A DNA stretch of 64,000 nt from an uncultured Actinomycetes bacterium (GTDB lineage: Bacteria > Actinomycetota > Thermoleophilia > Solirubrobacterales > 70-9). The notes below the pieces were generated by a model. The model saw nothing but the letters and a program-made list of their open reading frames with translations. It did not search any database and had not been told where the DNA came from. The DNA is taken from contig CAVTGX010000004.1 in the NCBI GenBank assembly GCA_963734405.1, forward strand, positions 101,761-165,760, written 5' to 3'. The translations under genes and the position numbers were made by a program. This document shows positions 59,615-64,000 of this stretch, in pieces (within the stretch, counting starts at the first letter, position 1; the number at the start of each line of letters is the position of its first letter).

Positions 59615-60388
59615 ATGGAAGACGCACGGGCTCCCAAGCTTGCCGGCACAGCTGATGGGATGACCCCGGAACAGAAAACGCTGATCGAGCTGGTGGGCGT
59701 CGCCCGCCGCTACGACATGGGCGAGGTGACCGTCACCGCCCTCGAGGACGTGGACCTGCGAATCGAGCGCGGCGAGTTCGTCGTCGTCCTCGGCCCGTCG
59801 GGCAGCGGCAAGACGACCCTGCTGAACATGATCGGCGCCCTCGACTCGCCGACCGAGGGGACGATCCGAATCCGCGGCGAGGACATCGCCGACGCATCGC
59901 GGGCGGATCTGTTCGCCTTCCGCCGCCGGACCGTCAGCTTCATCTTCCAGACCTTCAACCTCTTCCCGGCGCTGACGGCGCTGGAGAACGTCGAGTTCGG
60001 CGCCGACGTCAGCGGCCACGGCGAGGCGCGCGAGGTCGCCGCCGAGACGCTCGACCGCGTCGGGCTGGGATCCCGCGGCGAGCACTTCCCGCACGAGCTG
60101 TCCGGCGGCGAGCAGCAGCGCGTGGCTATCGCCCGGGCGCTGGCGACCCGCAACCCGATCCTGCTCGCGGACGAGCCGACCGGCGAGCTCGACTTCCGCA
60201 CCGGCGTGCAGATCCTCGACCTGCTGCACGAGCAGACCCACACCGAGGACACCGCGGTCCTGGTCGTCACCCACAACCGCGAGATCGCCCGCGTCGCCCA
60301 CCGGGTGATCGAGCTCTCCAGCGGCCGGATCGTCGCCGACGCGCCGAACCCGGGCGGGCCCGCCGAGATCGCCGACCTGCACTGGTGA
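59615..60388 (+). CDS. ABC transporter ATP-binding protein (MacB/LolD-like)
   Basis: GPSGSGKTTLLN, LSGGEQQRVAIARAL, LLADEPTGELD, VTHN. The start is ATG 59615 or 59660. The ORF-track start at 59438 reads through the repeat. Confidence 0.9.
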   Translation: MEDARAPKLAGTADGMTPEQKTLIELVGVARRYDMGEVTVTALEDVDLRIERGEFVVVLGPSGSGKTTLLNMIGALDSPTEGTIRIRGEDIADASRADLFAFRRRTVSFIFQTFNLFPALTALENVEFGADVSGHGEAREVAAETLDRVGLGSRGEHFPHELSGGEQQRVAIARALATRNPILLADEPTGELDFRTGVQILDLLHEQTHTEDTAVLVVTHNREIARVAHRVIELSSGRIVADAPNPGGPAEIADLHW

Positions 60389-62841
60389 GGATGGGACGGC
60401 TCGGATTCTGGCTGCGGTGGTCGCTCCGCGATCTGCGCGGGCGCTGGGCCCTGGTCCTGGCGATCGGGCTGGTGCTGGCGATCGGCATCGGCGTCTACGC
60501 CGGCCTCGGCAGCATGGAGTCCTGGCGGGTCGCCTCCAACGACGCCAGCTTCGAAGCCCTGCACGCCCACGACCTCGAGATCTCGCTGACCGAGGGGACG
60601 AGCGCGCCGGCCGGGTCGCTGTCGGCCCTGGTCCGCGGCATCCCCGCCGCCGGGGAGGTGAAAGCGACCGAGGAGCGCCTGCGCCTGCCGACCCAGGTCG
60701 AGGTGGCGCGCCCGGACGAGGAATCGCTGCTCGTCCCGGCCGAAGTCGTCGGGGCGCCGCTCGGGCCCGACGGGCCGGCGATCGACGGGGTCTACTCCGA
60801 GTCGGGGCGTGCCCTTCGTGCTGGTGACGAAGGCCGCCCGGTCGCCGTGCTCGAGCGTGGCTTCGCCGCCTACCACGACCTGCCGGCACGGGGCGCGGTA
60901 CGCCTCCCCGGCGGCCAGCGCCTCCGGTATGTCGGCGTCGGCGGCTCGCCCGAGTACTTCATCGTCACCCGCCCCGGCGGTGGCGAATTCGGCGGCGCCG
61001 AGGCGCAGTTCGCCGTCCTCTTCACCTCGCTGCGCACGGCGCAGCGGATCGCCGGCGGCCCACCGCAGGTCAATGACGCCGTGCTGCGGCTGCGCGCCGG
61101 GGTCCCCGTGGACACCGTGCGGCGCCGGCTCGAGCGCGCCCTCGCCGGGGCCGGCCTCAGCGGCGAGGTGACGAAGCTGACCGACGAACCCGGCCATCGC
61201 GTCCTCTACAAGGACGCCAGCGGCGACCAGCAGATGTTCGACGTCTTCGCCATCCTGATCCTCGTCGGCGCCGCGCTCGCCGCCTTCAACCTGGCGACCA
61301 GGATCGTCGAGGCGCAGCGGCGCGAGATCGGGATCGGGATGGCGCTCGGGGTGCCGCCGCGCGAGCTGGCGATCCGGCCGCTGCTCCTCGGGCTACAGAT
61401 CGCGGTTGCGGGCACGCTGCTCGGCCTCGCCCTCGGCCTGATGATGGGAGCGATCCTGCGCGGCGTCCTCGAAGACCTGCTGCCGCTGCCGGAGATGCGA
61501 ACGCCCGTTCGAGCCCGGCGTCTTCGCCCGTGCCGCGGCGATCGGCCTGGTGCTGCCGATCCTCGCCACCGCGATCCCGGTCTGGCGCGGCCTGCGGCTG
61601 GCCCCGGTCGAGGCGATCCGGGTCGGCTTCCGCTCCGCCCGCGACAGCGGCGTCGCGGCGCTGGCCAAGCGGCTGCGGCTGCCGGGGTCGAGCATCGCCC
61701 AGATGCCCCTGCGAAACGCCCTGCGCGCCCCCCGACGCACCCTGCTGACGGTGGTCGGGATCGGCGCCGTGCTGAGCGTCCTCGTCGCTTTCATGGGGTT
61801 GATCGACTCCTTCGTCGCCACCATCGACCGCAGCGAAGCCGAGGTCGCCCAGGCAACCCGAAGCGCATCGTCGTCTCACTCGACGGCTTCCACAGCGCCC
61901 GCACGGCGAGGCGGATCGTCGCGACGGCCCCCGGCGTCGCCGCTTCCGAACCGCAGCTCAACCTGCCGGCGAGGCTCTCGGCGCCCGGGGCCGGCAGCTT
62001 TCAGGGCTCGGTCACGTTGCTCGACTTCTCGAGCCCGATCTGGGCGCCGACGATCGTCTCGGGGGCCCCGCCCGCCCCCGGCCGTCCCGAGATCGTGATC
62101 TCCGAAAAGGCCGCCGGGGACCTCGGCGTCGGAGTTGGCGACCGAGTCACGATCTCCTACCCGCGGCGCCAGGGGCCCGTCTTCACCGAGGCGAGGGCGA
62201 GGGTGCGGGTCAGCGGCTTGCACCCCGACCCTTTCCGCACCTTCGCCTACATGGATCCCTCGATCGCAACGCTCGCCGGGTTCCCGGGCGCCGCCAACCA
62301 GGTCTCGGTCACCCCGGAGCCGGGTGTGCCCGAGGGCCGGATCGCGCAAGCCCTCTTTCGCGACCCCGCCGTCGCCTCGGTCCAGCGGGCAACCGCGACG
62401 ACGCAGTTCGTGCGCGAGCGCCTCGACGACTTCATCGGCGTGCTGCGGGTGATCGAGGGATTCGCGCTGGCGCTGGCGCTGTTGATCGCCTTCAACTCCT
62501 CGGCGATCAGCATCGACGAGCGCCGCCGCGAGAACGCAACGATGCTCGCCTTCGGCGTCACTCCCACCAGGGCGATGGCGCTGGCTGTGTTCGAGAGCCT
62601 GATCGCCGGAGTGCTCGGCACCCTCGTCGGTCTGGGCGGCGGCTTCCTCGTCGTCAGTTGGCTGGTTGGCAAAACGCTGCCCGAAACCCTCCCCGACCTC
62701 GGGCTGGTGGTCGAGATCGCACCGGCGTCGCTGCTGGTCGCCGCCGCGGTCGGGGTCGCCTCCGTGGCCCTGGCGCCGCTGCTGAGCGCTCGCCGGATCG
62801 GTCGGATGAACGTCCCCTCGACGCTGCGCGTCATGGAGTGA
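60385..62841 (+). CDS. FtsX-family ABC permease (two FtsX modules); two compensating frame breaks (about 61505 and 61855)
   Basis: The start overlaps the ATPase stop (GTGA: GTG 60385..60387, TGA 60386..60388). Two FtsX-like TM bundles (FDVFAILILVGAALAAFN..; GFALALALLIAFNSSAISIDERRRE..). The middle 350 nt read correctly only in the 61550..62098 frame (LPILATAIPVWRGLRLAPVEAIR). Confidence 0.8.
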   Translation: MRMGRLGFWLRWSLRDLRGRWALVLAIGLVLAIGIGVYAGLGSMESWRVASNDASFEALHAHDLEISLTEGTSAPAGSLSALVRGIPAAGEVKATEERLRLPTQVEVARPDEESLLVPAEVVGAPLGPDGPAIDGVYSESGRALRAGDEGRPVAVLERGFAAYHDLPARGAVRLPGGQRLRYVGVGGSPEYFIVTRPGGGEFGGAEAQFAVLFTSLRTAQRIAGGPPQVNDAVLRLRAGVPVDTVRRRLERALAGAGLSGEVTKLTDEPGHRVLYKDASGDQQMFDVFAILILVGAALAAFNLATRIVEAQRREIGIGMALGVPPRELAIRPLLLGLQIAVAGTLLGLALGLMMGAILRGVLEDLLPLPEMRTPVRARRLRPCRGDRPGAADPRHRDPGLARPAAGPGRGDPGRLPLRPRQRRRGAGQAAAAAGVEHRPDAPAKRPARPPTHPADGGRDRRRAERPRRFHGVDRLLRRHHRPQRSRGRPGNPKRIVVSLDGFHSARTARRIVATAPGVAASEPQLNLPARLSAPGAGSFQGSVTLLDFSSPIWAPTIVSGAPPAPGRPEIVISEKAAGDLGVGVGDRVTISYPRRQGPVFTEARARVRVSGLHPDPFRTFAYMDPSIATLAGFPGAANQVSVTPEPGVPEGRIAQALFRDPAVASVQRATATTQFVRERLDDFIGVLRVIEGFALALALLIAFNSSAISIDERRRENATMLAFGVTPTRAMALAVFESLIAGVLGTLVGLGGGFLVVSWLVGKTLPETLPDLGLVVEIAPASLLVAAAVGVASVALAPLLSARRIGRMNVPSTLRVME

Positions 62842-62973
62842 GGGGCGCGTAGTCGACCCGTTTCTCCCGAGAGCGACGAGGCCGGTGAATCGCCGCCGCC
62901 GATGGCTCCGACCACGACGCCGATCCCGAGCCCGAGTGCGATCGCGAGGAAGATTTGCACCGGGCGACCTGCC

Positions 62974-64000
62974 TCAGCCGCGGTCGTCTTCCCCCAACAT
63001 CGGGCTGGTGGCCGCCGCTGCCACCGGCTGCCGCGGGACCGGAGAGCCCGCCGGCTCGCCGGGCCCCTCCCCGGCCGCCGATCCGTGCCCGAAATGCACG
63101 TCGGGCAGGATCCGGTCGAGCCAGGCCGGTAGATACCAGGCGGCGGCGCCCGCAAGTCGCAGGAACACCGGCAACAGCAGCAGCCGGACCAGGAAGGCGT
63201 CGAGCAGAACGGCGACGCCGAGGATCGTCCCCATCTCCTTCGGTGGCAGCGGCCCCGAGAGGGCGAAGGTGAAGAAGACCGCGACCATCACTCCTCCCGC
63301 GGCGAGGATCACCCGACCCGAGTGAGCGAGTCCGCCGACCATCGCCTCCTTCGCGTCGCCCGAACGCTCCCAGTGCTCGCGCGCCGAGGAGAGAAGGAAG
63401 ACGGTGTAGTCCATCGCGATCGCGAAGATCATCGCGAAGAAGAAGATCGGACCCCAGGCGTCGAGGAAGCCCTGCGATTCGAAGCCGAGCAGGCCGGAGA
63501 GGTGGCCGTGCTGGAAGATCAGCGTCGCGACGCCGAACGCGGCGGCGGTCGAGAGCAGGTTGGCGAGCACCCCGATCGCCGCGATCAGCGGCGCCTGGAA
63601 GGCGACCAGCAGCAGCAGGAAGCCGAGTACGAGGATGACGCCGATCGCCAGCGGCGTCTTCGACGCCAGCGAGGCTTCGAGGTCATGGTTTTCGACTGAG
63701 GGACCGCCGACGAGCGCCGCCGCGGGAAGAACCGCCCGCAACCGGTCGATCGTGGTCGAGGTGGCGTCGGTCGAGGGACCGGTGCCCGGAACCGCCTGGA
63801 TCAGGACCGACCCATCCGCTCCCCTCGCCGGCGCAGACATCGAAGCGATCCCGCGATCGGCCCTCAGTACCGCGACGGTGGCCGCGGCGTCCGCGCGCGG
63901 AGCGGTCACCTGCAGCGTCCCCGGCGCCCCGGGCCCGAAGGCAGCGCTGATCTGCTGGTAGCCAACTCTCGAGGAGTCGCTCTTCGGCACCACCTTGATC
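62974..64000 (-). CDS. MMPL/RND-superfamily membrane transporter, C-terminal part (the gene continues past the right edge)
   Basis: FGVATLIFQHG..GFLDAWGPIFFFAMIFAIAMDYTVFLLS..GGVMVAVFFTFALSG..LLDAFLVRLLLLPVFL. Confidence 0.8.
   Translation of the reverse strand, partial: IKVVPKSDSSRVGYQQISAAFGPGAPGTLQVTAPRADAAATVAVLRADRGIASMSAPARGADGSVLIQAVPGTGPSTDATSTTIDRLRAVLPAAALVGGPSVENHDLEASLASKTPLAIGVILVLGFLLLLVAFQAPLIAAIGVLANLLSTAAAFGVATLIFQHGHLSGLLGFESQGFLDAWGPIFFFAMIFAIAMDYTVFLLSSAREHWERSGDAKEAMVGGLAHSGRVILAAGGVMVAVFFTFALSGPLPPKEMGTILGVAVLLDAFLVRLLLLPVFLRLAGAAAWYLPAWLDRILPDVHFGHGSAAGEGPGEPAGSPVPRQPVAAAATSPMLGEDDRG

Overview
High-GC Gram-positive (Actinomycetota-like) chromosomal segment. All calls come from reading the ORF track and raw sequence by eye; no searches or alignments were run.

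(1) 0.3-27 kb is a housekeeping block, almost all on the minus strand. It follows the classical Gram-positive order: tRNA-Thr, sigH-like sigma factor, rlmB, cysS, ispF, ispD, carD, disA, clpC, lysS, greA, dus, coaX, folK-folB-folP, ftsH, hpt, tilS. A MerR-HTH::class III cyclase and two ArsR-like regulators follow.

(2) 27-37 kb is mixed: nucleoside phosphorylase, a three-domain secreted cell-wall hydrolase, HAD, USP, LysR and Amt.

(3) 37-57 kb is accessory. It carries an Arch-type ATPase and a small protein paired with a 2H-phosphoesterase. A visibly more A/T-rich stretch (about 41.2-49.9 kb) holds two divergent three-gene operons. One is 2OG-oxygenase / NDT-like::FGE-sulfatase fusion / DUF2000. 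The other is a KAP transmembrane NTPase / 740-aa helical protein / Mrr-like nuclease. These are my best candidates for an undescribed conflict system. Downstream lie remnants of an integrative, mobilisable element: an iteron-like repeat, a frame-broken coupling-protein ATPase, a replication-relaxation protein, AbiEi, VapBC and a large serine recombinase.

(4) The recombinase gene ends inside a 3' half of an initiator-tRNA-like sequence. This sequence is part of a ~160-bp module that recurs 2.2 kb downstream, bracketing a VapBC plus glycine-rich secreted-protein mini-island.

(5) 59.6-64 kb holds an ABC ATPase, an FtsX permease and a partial MMPL transporter.

Caveat: many genes, including essential cysS, are frame-broken in 0.4-8.3, 50.3-53.5 and 61.5-61.9 kb, while 9-27 and 28-49 kb read cleanly. 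This looks more like localised indel error than biology.
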